Positions 1 to 9,176 of a stretch of 28,842 bases of DNA are shown in pieces. The translations under genes were made by a program, and so were the position numbers. The notes under the pieces are model-generated. The model made no database searches, was not told the origin of the DNA, and saw nothing but the letters and a program-made list of their open reading frames with translations. Origin of the DNA: Microcoleaceae cyanobacterium. Its GTDB lineage: Bacteria > Cyanobacteriota > Cyanobacteriia > Cyanobacteriales > Microcoleaceae. Position 1 is the stretch's first letter. Every line of letters begins with the position of its first letter. The stretch covers positions 1-28,842 of the forward strand of contig JBOFUV010000015.1 of NCBI GenBank assembly GCA_051652765.1, read 5' to 3'.

Positions 1-686
1 CCGACTACATCTGCAAAAATAAATAGTCCCAACTCCTTCCCAAGACGGCGGTGATCCCGCCTGAGGGCCTCTTCCTTGCGGCGCTTGTACTCTGCCAGTT
101 GGTCTGGAGTTTCCCAGGCGGTGCCATAGATTCGTTGCAGTTGGGCCTTGGTCTCATCTCCCCGCCAATAAGCTCCGGCGACACTCTCAAGTTCAATCGC
201 TTTTGGATCAATCTCTGAGGTATTCTCAACGTGAGGGCCAGCGCACAAATCCCACCATTCTCCGCCCAAGTGATAGAGGGTAATAGGCTCTTCTAAACCT
301 TCTAGGATCTCCAGCTTGTAGCGTTCTCCTAGTGCCTCGATCCGGCGTTTTGCATCTTCCCGTGAGACTTCTTCTCGAACCACAGGAAACTTGCCCTTAA
401 TAATCTTGACCATCTCTTTCTGAATGGCCTTGAGATCCTTTTCAGTAAAGGGCTCAGGACTATCAAAGTCATAATAGAACCCATTTTCAATCCAGGGGCC
501 AATCGTCACCTGAGCCTTGGGGAAAAGCTTCTGAACTGCCATCGCCATAATGTGAGAAGTCGTGTGGCGAATTTTCTTCAGGGTCTCTGACTCACTCGTC
601 TTGGGCAGATGAATTTTTGGAGGTTGCTCCTGAGGGTGTTGCTCTTGAGGGTGATCTGAAGTCGCATTTGACTCTAAGTTAGCCAT
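1..686 (-). CDS. thrS: Threonine--tRNA ligase, N-terminal part (runs off the left edge)
   Basis: Manual translation from ATG at 686: MANLESNATSDHPQEQHPQEQPPKIHLPKTSESETLKKIRHTTSHIMAMAVQKLFPKAQVTIGPWIENGFYYDFD...WWDLCAGPHV...AGAYWRGDETKAQLQRIYGTAW...RDHRRLGKELGLF. These are ThrRS editing-domain and catalytic-entry motifs. Not in the ORF track because it is truncated. Confidence 0.97.
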   Translation of the reverse strand, partial: MANLESNATSDHPQEQHPQEQPPKIHLPKTSESETLKKIRHTTSHIMAMAVQKLFPKAQVTIGPWIENGFYYDFDSPEPFTEKDLKAIQKEMVKIIKGKFPVVREEVSREDAKRRIEALGERYKLEILEGLEEPITLYHLGGEWWDLCAGPHVENTSEIDPKAIELESVAGAYWRGDETKAQLQRIYGTAWETPDQLAEYKRRKEEALRRDHRRLGKELGLFIFADVV

Positions 687-997
687 GGATCAACTGTATA
701 GCGGATGTATAGCGGAGGGAATTAACACGTTCTGAAGTTAGAACCTTTTAGAATTAAAACGTTCTGAGTTCTCTGCCCTGTATCTAGCAACCTAAATCTA
801 GCAACCTAAGCAGAATGTATTAGAAAGGTTCATTATTTCCAGGACAGCTCTTAGGATATCGCACCCAGACTGTTGAAGTCCATCCGATGTTGCTTGAGCC
901 CTAGGGTTGTTGCAAAGCTTTTATGAAAGAAAACGTTACAATTCTTAAATAGTGTTACGATTACTTATAGATTTAATCAGAATTACAGCTTAGATTG

Positions 998-1333
998 ATG
1001 GACAACCCTGGGAACTCAGAGCTAGAAACATTGAAGCGTGTTCTTGAACCCCTGTTAGAGGATTTTCAATATTGGTTTGGGCAATCACAGCACTTACTCG
1101 AGCAGGAGACCTTCTCCTTCTTGACTGGGGAGCAGCAGTCAGATTTATTGGGTCGAGTGAAACGGGCTCAACAAGAGGTTGGGAGCGCAAAAGCTTTGTT
1201 TCAGGCGATTGGGGGACAGGCAGGAGTTGAGATGTCAGTTCTCATCCCCTGGCATCAGTTACTAACTGAGTGCTGGCAAGTTTCAGCTCGTTTCCGCACA
1301 GAACAAGCAAAGGGTTCGGGCTCTCAAGCTTAA
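998..1333 (+). CDS. DUF2605 family cyanobacterial protein
   Basis: LKRVLEPLLEDFQYWF...PWHQLLTECWQVS motif, and the familiar thrS-DUF2605-DUF2973 arrangement. ATG 998 preferred over TTG 995. Confidence 0.8.
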   Translation: MDNPGNSELETLKRVLEPLLEDFQYWFGQSQHLLEQETFSFLTGEQQSDLLGRVKRAQQEVGSAKALFQAIGGQAGVEMSVLIPWHQLLTECWQVSARFRTEQAKGSGSQA

Positions 1334-1465
1334 AGCTAGGAGTTAAGAATCCAATGCCTTGCTACTGAGGGCAAGGAATTTGTACTCCTGTTCAAGCGGT
1401 AAAATAGACTCAGTATTAAGATTAACAAATTTAACAATTACAGTTTCCATCGGAGAAAGGTTAAG

Positions 1466-1771
1466 ATGTTGCATTTGCTTTACATTTCGGCGTTTACAGT
1501 TCTAGCTTTTTTGGCCGTTCGGAACTTGATTCGGAGTTTGATTACGGTAGGAATGGATTCCCAACGGTTTTCAGCACGAGAAGGGTATCGGGGATCTGTT
1601 TCCAAGTTTTCCAGCACTGCTCACCCTGAGCTTCTAGACGAGTCAGGGCGAATGATTCGAGAGCCTTTGTTGGTAATGCGATCTTTTTCAACAAGTGATG
1701 TTCGGGATCAGCTTGATAGTTTGTACAACAGCTCTCCCTACCCAACTGGAGAAGCAAAGGACGAAGAGTAG
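1466..1771 (+). CDS. DUF2973 family membrane-anchored protein
   Basis: N-terminal hydrophobic helix MLHLLYISAFTVLAFLAVRNLIRSL and HPELLDESG...EPLLVMRS...R.QLD.LY.SSP motif. Confidence 0.8.
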   Translation: MLHLLYISAFTVLAFLAVRNLIRSLITVGMDSQRFSAREGYRGSVSKFSSTAHPELLDESGRMIREPLLVMRSFSTSDVRDQLDSLYNSSPYPTGEAKDEE

Positions 1772-1850
1772 ATAACTCAATCAAATAGAGTCCAGGCAGA
1801 AGTTGGACAGGGTTGACTAGGATAGAGTAGGTTGACTCTTGGGTAAATGT

Positions 1851-1878
1851 TTGCCTATCGAGTGCAAAGCGTTATAAT
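1851..1878 (+). promoter_or_regulatory. Putative sigma70-type promoter for the 1961..5563 gene
   Basis: TTGCCT (1851-1856), 16 nt spacer, perfect TATAAT (1873-1878), about 80 nt upstream of the ATG. Confidence 0.4.
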
Positions 1879-1892
1879 TATGCCGCATCCGC

Positions 1893-1920
1893 TTTCTGGT
1901 GTAACATTTCTGGTGTAACA
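1893..1920. repeat. Perfect 14-bp tandem duplication (TTTCTGGTGTAACA x2)
   Basis: Read directly: 1893-1906 and 1907-1920. Confidence 0.9.
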
Positions 1921-1960
1921 GTTCCCAAGTCGTCGGCATCTCTAGAACGCTGCCTATCCT

Positions 1961-4900
1961 ATGCTGCCTAATAAGACCGCTTCAACTTTTGCCTTAGCAC
2001 TCTTGACCTGGGCTGCACTTTCGGGCTCCCTGAGTAAGAGTGTTGCTAGTTTTGACGTTCAGCTTGCCCAAGCTCCAGAGTCTGCTCCTGCGTTTCAGTT
2101 GCCCGCCGAAGTTCCTCAGGGAACTGCGGTTCGGGTTGACGGCGATAGTAGTATGGCCATCATTAACAAAGCTCTAAAGCAACGGTTTGAACAGGAATAC
2201 CCAGGGACAAACGTTACGATCGCTGCCCAGGGGAGCGAGGCTGCTTTACAAGCGCTACAGGATGGGAAACTAGACTTGGTTGCTATCGGGCGACCCCTAA
2301 CGGACTCGGAGAAGTCAGCAGGTCTAGTTGAGGTTCCCTTAAGCCGGGAGAAAATCGCGATTATTGTTGGTAAGGACAACCCATTTAACGGCAACATATC
2401 GTTCCGTGAGTTTGCTGGGATCTTTCGGGGAGAAATTACAGATTGGTCGGAGGTAGGCGGGGAACCGGGGGCAATTTATTTTGTTGATCGACCCCAAAGT
2501 AGCAATACTCGCCAGTCCTTTCAGACCTATGAAGTCTTTCAAGCAGCAGGATTTGAAACGGGAGCTAGTGCAGTTCCAGTGACGGAGGACAGCACTGATG
2601 CGGTGATTAAAGCGCTACAAAGGGACGGAATCAGCTACGCGATCGCGGGACAGGTGCAGAACCGAGACGATGTCAAGATTATTTCGATGCACAAAACCTT
2701 GCCCGACGATCCTCGCTATCCTTTCTCGCAACCGCGAGGGTATGTTTACTCCAAGAACAATCTAACTCCTCCCCTAGAGGCATTCCTAGGGTTTTCAACG
2801 TCTCCCCTCGGGGCAAAAGTGGTGGCTGAAGCCAAGCTGGCTGAATCGGAAGGCAGGGAGCCAAACGTTGCTGACATCCCCAGTGAGAACCCTCCAGTTC
2901 CCGTGACTCAAACCCCAGAAGCTACAGTGGCTGCTCCTGTTCCAGAGCCTATTGAACCTCAAGCCGCTACAACTCAAACGACGACCACAACAACCCAATC
3001 TGAACGAGGGATAAAGGGCTTCTGGTGGTGGCTGCTGCCCCTTGGACTTCTGGGTGGAGCTTGGTGGCTTCGGGGCAGGCGTGAAGATGAGGAGAGAAGA
3101 ATTCGTCAATCTCGTCCCATCCCCGAACCCCTGCCTATTCCACCAAGTTCTAACGTGTTGCCGATGGCAATGCCTCCAATCTCAACGGTGGATGTTCCTG
3201 ATTTGCCAACTTCTGCCCAAATTGTGGCCCCTGTCCTGGAGCCAGATCTTGAGCCCGAAGAATTAAGGGTGGAGACGATGGTTCCCTCGGTTGTTGAAAT
3301 TCAAGAGCTTGAAGCCGAGGTTGTGGTTGCTCCAAACTTGGACACTTTGCCTGTTCCTGAAGGAGATGAACCGGATGTCCAGTTTGTCAATGTTCCCGAT
3401 CAAGGAGCTCTATCTTCAGTCAACCTGATCGAGATCCCCGAAGAGATTACCCCAATCGCAGCCGAAAGGGACGAAGGGCCAGAGGTAGTCCGGTCTGAAG
3501 AAACACAAACTGACACAATTCTCCCCCTAGTCGTCGGGGGTTTGGGGGTGGCAGGAGTAGTCTTGACCAGTCTCGAAGTTCCTGCCTCAGACCCATACGC
3601 CGATGAAGAGATTGGCGGTGTAGATGCCACTGAACCTGAAGATATCGCCAATTTTGAAGAGGTTCCTTCGCCTTGGAATTCTGGTTCCGCATCAGAGTCC
3701 CCTCGTCTAATCACTACCGAGAGTCTGACAGAAGACTTGATTGCACAAAATCTAATTGAATCTGCTGCTCCAGTCATTGAGGCCCAATCTCAAGATCCTA
3801 ACCTTGGGCTAGAAGGTGTGTTGCTCTCTGATGAGATCATTCAATCGGTTGAAGTTGAGGCCGTTGAACCGAGAACGCCTAGGCTAGTTGCGCCAGATCT
3901 TGATGACTATTTGGCAGAAAACTTTGTTTTACAACCTGAGCCAACTGTTATTGCTGTCGAAGTTGAAGAAATATCAGGTACAGAGGGTTTTGAGAGCAGG
4001 ATTGCAGCAGGTATTGCTGAACCCACAATTGCTGAAGGAATTCTTGTTGAAGGAATTCTCGTTGAAGAAACAACCACTGAAGAAATAACCTTAGGCGGAG
4101 CCACCCTCATTTCAGTTGTTGACGCTCTTGTTACAGAAACGGGGATTGAGCTTGAGTCCACAGTGATTGCTCCCGAAGTTGAGGCAGCCTTTATTGAAGG
4201 AAGTATTGAAGGAAGTATTGAAGAAGTCACTGTTGAAGAAGTCATTATCGTAGAGGTTGCTGAAGAAACAATCACTGAAGAAATAACTTCAGGCGGGGCT
4301 AGGCTGATTTCAGTGGTTGACACTCCAGTTGTTGACACTCCTGTTATTAACACTTCTGTTTCAGAGGCGATCACCGAACCTGAGGAGCCGATTACAAGCC
4401 CTGAGATTGAGGGAGTTGTACTCGATGAAGATCCTCTTGTTGTAGGCCGTGTTGAAGAGGAGCCTAGTGCAGATCCTTTGATCACTTCTTTTTCGATTGA
4501 ACCTTCAACTGAGCCGACGGATAGTTTTGAACCAGAGCCTTTATCTGCCCCTCATCAAACAGGGTTAGGGATAGCTGCTGTTTCAATTCAATCCCCTGCT
4601 CAACCTGCTGAAACTACTCTCCCCAGAACCGTAGAGGGCGGGATTCTAGAGGAGAGAGTGGATTTGGCCGACACCGAAAGCCAATCTCGGATTGAAGCAA
4701 CCAAATTTGATATTGGACAAGCCGAGGAAACCGAGTCCATAGAGACGGTTGACCAGAATCTACCAGGATTACCAGAAGGCTACGGCAAGAGCAAAATTGT
4801 GTTGTTGCCTCGTGATCCAAACTCTGCCTATGCTTATTGGGATATTCCAAACGAAGATCGCGAGATCGTTCGTCAGCAAGGCGGGCGGCAACTGGCCCTG

Positions 4901-5563
4901 CGCCTCTATGATGTTACCTCGATCGATATGGATGATCAGACCCCCCACAGCGTCCAACAGTTTGAGTGTGAAGAAATGACGCGGGAGTGGTATATCCCGG
5001 TACTGGTGAGCGATCGCGACTACATCGTAGAAATTGGCTATATGACTGAGAGTGGCCACTGGCTCAAGTTAGCCCGTTCTCTGCATGTCCATATTCCACC
5101 CTTGTATCCCTCCGATAGCTATGACTACCGAGACATTACAGTGTCTTGGGAGGAAGCCCTTCGAGGCAAGTTTTTTTTTAATCTAGGAGAGCAACATAGC
5201 TTTCCGCAGGTAGAATCCTCACTCCCACTTCGGTCTCTTGCAGATTTGGGGTTGATGTCGAGTGCTGGTTTTGCCTCAGCCCCTCCTGCTCGTCCAACAC
5301 AATTCTGGCTTGTGGCCAATGCAGAATTAATTATTCATGGCGCAACCGAACCTGATGCTCAAGTTAGCCTCGGAGAAGTGCCGATTCAGTTGGAGCCCGA
5401 CGGAACATTCCGCTTGCAGATGCCGTTTGAGGATGGTCTAATTGACTCTCCAATTTTTGCAATTGCTCCTGACGAAGAACAAACTCGCTTCATCCATTTG
5501 CAGTTTCTGCGCGAAACCCCTGAGCAACACACAAACTCTGAGGACAATGCCCGAGATCACTGA
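1961..5563 (+). CDS. PstS-like periplasmic binding domain / TM helix / acidic linker / DUF4912 domain fusion protein
   Basis: Signal-like N-terminus. PBP_like_2 motifs (VRVDGDSSM, GSEAALQAL, IFRGEITDWSEVGG, YPFSQPRGYVY). TM FWWWLLPLGLLGGAWWL followed by RGRR (nt ~3020-3080). Glu/Pro/Val-rich linker. C-terminal LPEGYGKSKIVLLPRDP..AYAYWD...YIVEIGY (DUF4912) and FWLVANAELIIHGATEPDA...DGTFR tail. Confidence 0.85.
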   Translation: MLPNKTASTFALALLTWAALSGSLSKSVASFDVQLAQAPESAPAFQLPAEVPQGTAVRVDGDSSMAIINKALKQRFEQEYPGTNVTIAAQGSEAALQALQDGKLDLVAIGRPLTDSEKSAGLVEVPLSREKIAIIVGKDNPFNGNISFREFAGIFRGEITDWSEVGGEPGAIYFVDRPQSSNTRQSFQTYEVFQAAGFETGASAVPVTEDSTDAVIKALQRDGISYAIAGQVQNRDDVKIISMHKTLPDDPRYPFSQPRGYVYSKNNLTPPLEAFLGFSTSPLGAKVVAEAKLAESEGREPNVADIPSENPPVPVTQTPEATVAAPVPEPIEPQAATTQTTTTTTQSERGIKGFWWWLLPLGLLGGAWWLRGRREDEERRIRQSRPIPEPLPIPPSSNVLPMAMPPISTVDVPDLPTSAQIVAPVLEPDLEPEELRVETMVPSVVEIQELEAEVVVAPNLDTLPVPEGDEPDVQFVNVPDQGALSSVNLIEIPEEITPIAAERDEGPEVVRSEETQTDTILPLVVGGLGVAGVVLTSLEVPASDPYADEEIGGVDATEPEDIANFEEVPSPWNSGSASESPRLITTESLTEDLIAQNLIESAAPVIEAQSQDPNLGLEGVLLSDEIIQSVEVEAVEPRTPRLVAPDLDDYLAENFVLQPEPTVIAVEVEEISGTEGFESRIAAGIAEPTIAEGILVEGILVEETTTEEITLGGATLISVVDALVTETGIELESTVIAPEVEAAFIEGSIEGSIEEVTVEEVIIVEVAEETITEEITSGGARLISVVDTPVVDTPVINTSVSEAITEPEEPITSPEIEGVVLDEDPLVVGRVEEEPSADPLITSFSIEPSTEPTDSFEPEPLSAPHQTGLGIAAVSIQSPAQPAETTLPRTVEGGILEERVDLADTESQSRIEATKFDIGQAEETESIETVDQNLPGLPEGYGKSKIVLLPRDPNSAYAYWDIPNEDREIVRQQGGRQLALRLYDVTSIDMDDQTPHSVQQFECEEMTREWYIPVLVSDRDYIVEIGYMTESGHWLKLARSLHVHIPPLYPSDSYDYRDITVSWEEALRGKFFFNLGEQHSFPQVESSLPLRSLADLGLMSSAGFASAPPARPTQFWLVANAELIIHGATEPDAQVSLGEVPIQLEPDGTFRLQMPFEDGLIDSPIFAIAPDEEQTRFIHLQFLRETPEQHTNSEDNARDH

Positions 5564-5722
5564 ATCAAACTGGACTGACGTAGTTAAAGCGTCGAACTCT
5601 ACATCTGGCATAGAGTTCAACCCGTCCCGCTGCAAAAGCGCTGAGGGAAACTGGTAAACTGCTAGGTATATTGAGTGATCCTATTGCTTAGACAGGATCT
5701 ATTGCCTAACCTCCAAACTCCG

Positions 5723-7717
5723 ATGAGTATTTCGACTTCGGTGCTTGCTGAATTGGTAGAGGCTCTACCCCAGCTCCGGCCTCAGGTTTACTTCAAATCC
5801 TCCCTAACCGCGCTCTCCCATGCTATGGAAGATCAGGTGTTAGCAAATGACGATCAGCCGTTAGTGATCGCAACATTTCAGCGGGAACGATTTTACCGTC
5901 AAGAGGCCCATCGGTATAAACGCATTGCAGGCCGCAGCCCTCAAGTCTACGTCATGGCAGCTCCTGAAACAGAGTTTAAAAATGCGTCAGAGATCCACGA
6001 AACGGTTGCATTCAATGCCCAAGACGAGCTTTGTCGAGAGTGGAATTTAGTTGTTCTAGGACAACAATACTCAACCTGCCTAGTCTGCGTGGAGCGGAAA
6101 AATTATAGCCAACCTGCTTCCCTCGAACAGGTCGCCATGGATCAGGCTCGCCCCTTTGAGGGCATTTGGACTTCCGACCGACAAGTCAGTTACAAAGTGG
6201 CGGAGCTTTTGTTAAATCGAGTCCTGTACTATCGGCCAGAGTTAACCGTCAAAGTCCAGGAAGCATTCCAACTCTACAACTTGATTCAGGGGCCGGATAA
6301 GCGTCGGAAATCAACGAAGCGATCCACCCAATCTACTGATTGCTCCCAATTCAACGATCCCTTTACCCATCGTCTAGTCACCTATCTCCAGGCGGGCCAA
6401 CATAAACTCCTGCGAGTCTACCGCTCCATTGCTGCTCAAGAACGCAAAGAACGTTTAGTCAACTCGATCACGACCGCCATGCGCCAATCCTTGAATCCTC
6501 AGGAAATTCTCAAGGTTGCGACTCGAGAACTGGGAGAGGCCATGGGAGCCTGTCGCTGTCTAATCTATCGTTGTAAATCAACGGAGACTGCGGTCACTCT
6601 CCAGCACGAATTTTTACGATCTGACTCCTCTCAACAAGCTGACCACGGTTGCTCAACTTTAATCGGGCAGGTTTGGCCTTTGCAACAGAACCCCCTATTT
6701 CAAGCGGCCCTGCAACAGCAAGCTCCCATGTATTATCAGAGCAGAAGTGAATCTGAACCCTCTCCGACCCAGAAACTTGCCCTGCAACAGCAGATCCGAG
6801 GCTGGTTAATCGTGCCAATCCTCTATCAAGGCCAACTCTTGGGCATGGTCGAGCTTCATCAATGCCTTACAGATGCCCAACTCTGGCAAGAGAATGAGTT
6901 GGCAATGGTGGATGCGATCGCCGATCAGCTTGCCGCCGCCTTGATTCAAGCAGAAACCTACGCCAACCTACAAGAGTTGAATCAGCAGCTTGAAGCCCTA
7001 GAACGCACTCGCAGCAACTTAATTGCCATTACAGGCCATGAGCTTCGCACTCCCTTATCAACTATTCAGGTCTGCTTAGAAAGCTTGAGTCAGGAACCAG
7101 ACATGTTGCCAGAAATGCGCGAAGTGATGTTGGACACTGCCCTAGGAGATGCGGAACGGTTGCGAAAACTGGTTCAGGACTTCCTCACCCTGTCGAATTT
7201 AGAAAGTGGTCGAGTGGACTGGAATTTAGAGACTCTACCCCTAGAAGAATGTGTTGATCTGGCCATTAGTGGAATTCGTTCCCGTCATCCCCAGGGACAA
7301 ATGCCGCACATCACTGTGCAAGTCCCACCCGATTTGCCCTTGGTTAAGGCGGATGGAGAATGGCTGGTTGAACTCCTATCGAAGCTTCTGGACAATGCCT
7401 GCAAATTTACCAGTGCCGATGGCCAAGTCACCATTCGAGCCAAATGCAATGGCAGTCAAATGCTCGAGGTTACTGTGGCTGATACGGGTCGAGGCATTGA
7501 ACCCAACCGTCTGGAAGCAGTGTTTGACCGCTTTTATCAGGAAGAAGGGTCATTACAACGAACCGTTGGGGGTACGGGGTTAGGGCTGGCCATTGGCAAA
7601 CAGATTGTTTCAAGCTGGGGCGGACAGATTTGGGCGAACTCAGGCGGAAAAAATCAAGGAAGCCAGTTTCACTTTACAATTCCTTTTACAGAACACGAAG
7701 GTAGAAAAGGAAACTAG
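5723..7717 (+). CDS. hik2: DICT-GAF sensor histidine kinase (Hik2/CSK type, long DICT-containing class)
   Basis: DICT motifs YFKSSLTALSHAMEDQVL and FQRERFYRQEAHRY. GAF domain. H-box TGHELRTPLSTIQVCLESL, N-box LLDNACKFT, G-boxes DTGRGI and GGTGLGLAI. ATG 5723 (MSISTSVL) preferred over GTG 5675. Confidence 0.85.
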   Translation: MSISTSVLAELVEALPQLRPQVYFKSSLTALSHAMEDQVLANDDQPLVIATFQRERFYRQEAHRYKRIAGRSPQVYVMAAPETEFKNASEIHETVAFNAQDELCREWNLVVLGQQYSTCLVCVERKNYSQPASLEQVAMDQARPFEGIWTSDRQVSYKVAELLLNRVLYYRPELTVKVQEAFQLYNLIQGPDKRRKSTKRSTQSTDCSQFNDPFTHRLVTYLQAGQHKLLRVYRSIAAQERKERLVNSITTAMRQSLNPQEILKVATRELGEAMGACRCLIYRCKSTETAVTLQHEFLRSDSSQQADHGCSTLIGQVWPLQQNPLFQAALQQQAPMYYQSRSESEPSPTQKLALQQQIRGWLIVPILYQGQLLGMVELHQCLTDAQLWQENELAMVDAIADQLAAALIQAETYANLQELNQQLEALERTRSNLIAITGHELRTPLSTIQVCLESLSQEPDMLPEMREVMLDTALGDAERLRKLVQDFLTLSNLESGRVDWNLETLPLEECVDLAISGIRSRHPQGQMPHITVQVPPDLPLVKADGEWLVELLSKLLDNACKFTSADGQVTIRAKCNGSQMLEVTVADTGRGIEPNRLEAVFDRFYQEEGSLQRTVGGTGLGLAIGKQIVSSWGGQIWANSGGKNQGSQFHFTIPFTEHEGRKGN

Positions 7718-7806
7718 ATAGCCCCTGAAATTGGTCTAAGTCAGGGCGGAAAAGTGATTGTAAATCGCTTGAAATGCTGACCTGTTAGAGAAACTCAGTC
7801 CCGCAA

Positions 7807-9081
7807 ATGGTTAAAATGAGCAGTCAATTGTCAGAGTTTGTTAACCCGGATCAGCAGGCACTGTTAGAGCAAGCCCTAGAAGACTTGGAATGCGGAGATT
7901 TTCATCAACGCTGGGAAGTGGCTCAAACCCTAGCTCGTTTGGGGGCGATCGCAGTTGATCCTCTGATCCTCCGCCTCACGGATGAAGACACTGATGCGGA
8001 GGTGCGTTGGTTTATTGTTCGTATCTTGGGACAGTTTGAGACGGAGGCGGTGGTGCAGGCATTGGTTGACGTGCTTCGAACCGTTAAACCAGATGAACCG
8101 GACGAAGATACAACTGTCCGGGAGATGGCAGCAGCAGCCTTGGCTAATTTAGGGTCGGACGCAGTTGTGGCCTTGGTTCCCTTGTTGAACCTAGCCGAAT
8201 TGCGCCTGCTCGTGACTGAAGCATTAGCCCAGATTCGCCACCCTGAAACGATAGCACCCTTGATGCAAGTGGTACAAGACCCCAATCCTCAAGTCCGGGC
8301 GATCGCCATTGAAGCTCTGGGTAGTTTTCCCGATCAGGCGATCTCTGAGGTGTTGATTCTGGCCCTGAAAGATCCAGTGGCCGCCGTTCGCAAAGAAGCG
8401 GTGATTGCCTTGGGAATGCGATCTGAATGGGAGGAAACCCTTCAGCTCACTCAGCAGTTACAGCCGTTGTTGTGGGATACTCAATCCAGCGTTGTTCAGC
8501 AGGTTCAGATTGCCCTGTCTCGGTTCAAAACTCCTGCCGCTGCCGCTGCCCTGTTTGAACAGTTAAGCTCTGCCCTTGTACCTTTGCCCATCCAGTTAGG
8601 GGCCGTTAGAGCATTGGGTTGGTTTGAAACGGCTGAGGCTCTGACTGTCTTGCGGCAGTTTTCTCTAGAGCTACTTCAGGCTAAACCGGAAACGTCCTTG
8701 TCTTCCGAATCCCTGGCCCTGTACCAAGAGATTCTTCAGGAGACCATTCAAGGCATTGGGCGCACGAGTGAACCTCACCTCCAGGAGCAAGCCGTGGATT
8801 TACTCGTGGATATTCTGAGTTGTCATCATCCTGTTCTAGAATTGCCTCAGATCAAGCAACAGATTGCGTTAGGGCTGGGGAAACTTGGCAAGTTTAAGGC
8901 TCTGGAACCGTTGATCCATTTGTTGGCAGAGACTCACATTGGTGTTCGGCTACACTGTGTGACTGCGTTGAAACAGTTGGCAGATTCCCACACTTACGAC
9001 TATCTGAAAACCTTTGCGAGTCAGGAAAATTTGGCACCTACCCTGCGTCAGGGAGTCTTGGTTGCTTTGGCTGAGTGGTAA
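7807..9081 (+). CDS. nirB: HEAT (PBS-lyase-like) repeat protein, probable NirB
   Basis: Multiple HEAT repeats (EVRWFIVRILG, VREMAAAALANLG, DPNPQVRAIAIEALG, DPVAAVRKEAVIALG). Lies directly upstream of ntcB and cnaT, as nirB does in characterised cyanobacteria. The symbol rests mainly on synteny. Confidence 0.7.
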   Translation: MVKMSSQLSEFVNPDQQALLEQALEDLECGDFHQRWEVAQTLARLGAIAVDPLILRLTDEDTDAEVRWFIVRILGQFETEAVVQALVDVLRTVKPDEPDEDTTVREMAAAALANLGSDAVVALVPLLNLAELRLLVTEALAQIRHPETIAPLMQVVQDPNPQVRAIAIEALGSFPDQAISEVLILALKDPVAAVRKEAVIALGMRSEWEETLQLTQQLQPLLWDTQSSVVQQVQIALSRFKTPAAAAALFEQLSSALVPLPIQLGAVRALGWFETAEALTVLRQFSLELLQAKPETSLSSESLALYQEILQETIQGIGRTSEPHLQEQAVDLLVDILSCHHPVLELPQIKQQIALGLGKLGKFKALEPLIHLLAETHIGVRLHCVTALKQLADSHTYDYLKTFASQENLAPTLRQGVLVALAEW

Positions 9082-9095
9082 ACATACTCATCACT

Positions 9096-9137
9096 GTATC
9101 GTGTTCTACCAAACAGCCTGACCAAATTCGCTAGTAT
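9096..9137 (+). promoter_or_regulatory. Canonical NtcA-activated promoter of ntcB
   Basis: GTA-tcgtgttc-TAC (9096-9109), exactly 22 nt, then TAGTAT (TAN3T, 9132-9137). This matches GTA-N8-TAC-N22-TAN3T and ends 40 nt before the ntcB ATG. Confidence 0.85.
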
Positions 9138-9176
9138 CTGTGGAACTACACTTGCTATCCTGAACTAAAATCTTCC

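Noticed and set aside
5..229. 74-aa minus-strand ORF in the track
   Set aside because: It is an out-of-frame shadow inside thrS. The thrS frame carries the conserved motifs.
930..1445. GTTACA/TTAACA runs resembling HLR1 (RpaB) or Pho boxes upstream of DUF2605 and DUF2973
   Set aside because: The spacing (about 9 bp) fits neither the 10-bp HLR1 nor the 11-bp Pho period, and the background is AT-rich.
1961..2880. Calling the PBP domain a pstS transporter gene
   Set aside because: No pstCAB nearby, and the domain is fused to TM, linker and DUF4912.
2116..5657. Many 60-190 aa ORFs overlapping the 1200-aa gene (for example 3907..4485 minus)
   Set aside because: Antisense or alternative-frame shadows caused by biased Glu/Val/Ile codons. 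No recognisable motifs.
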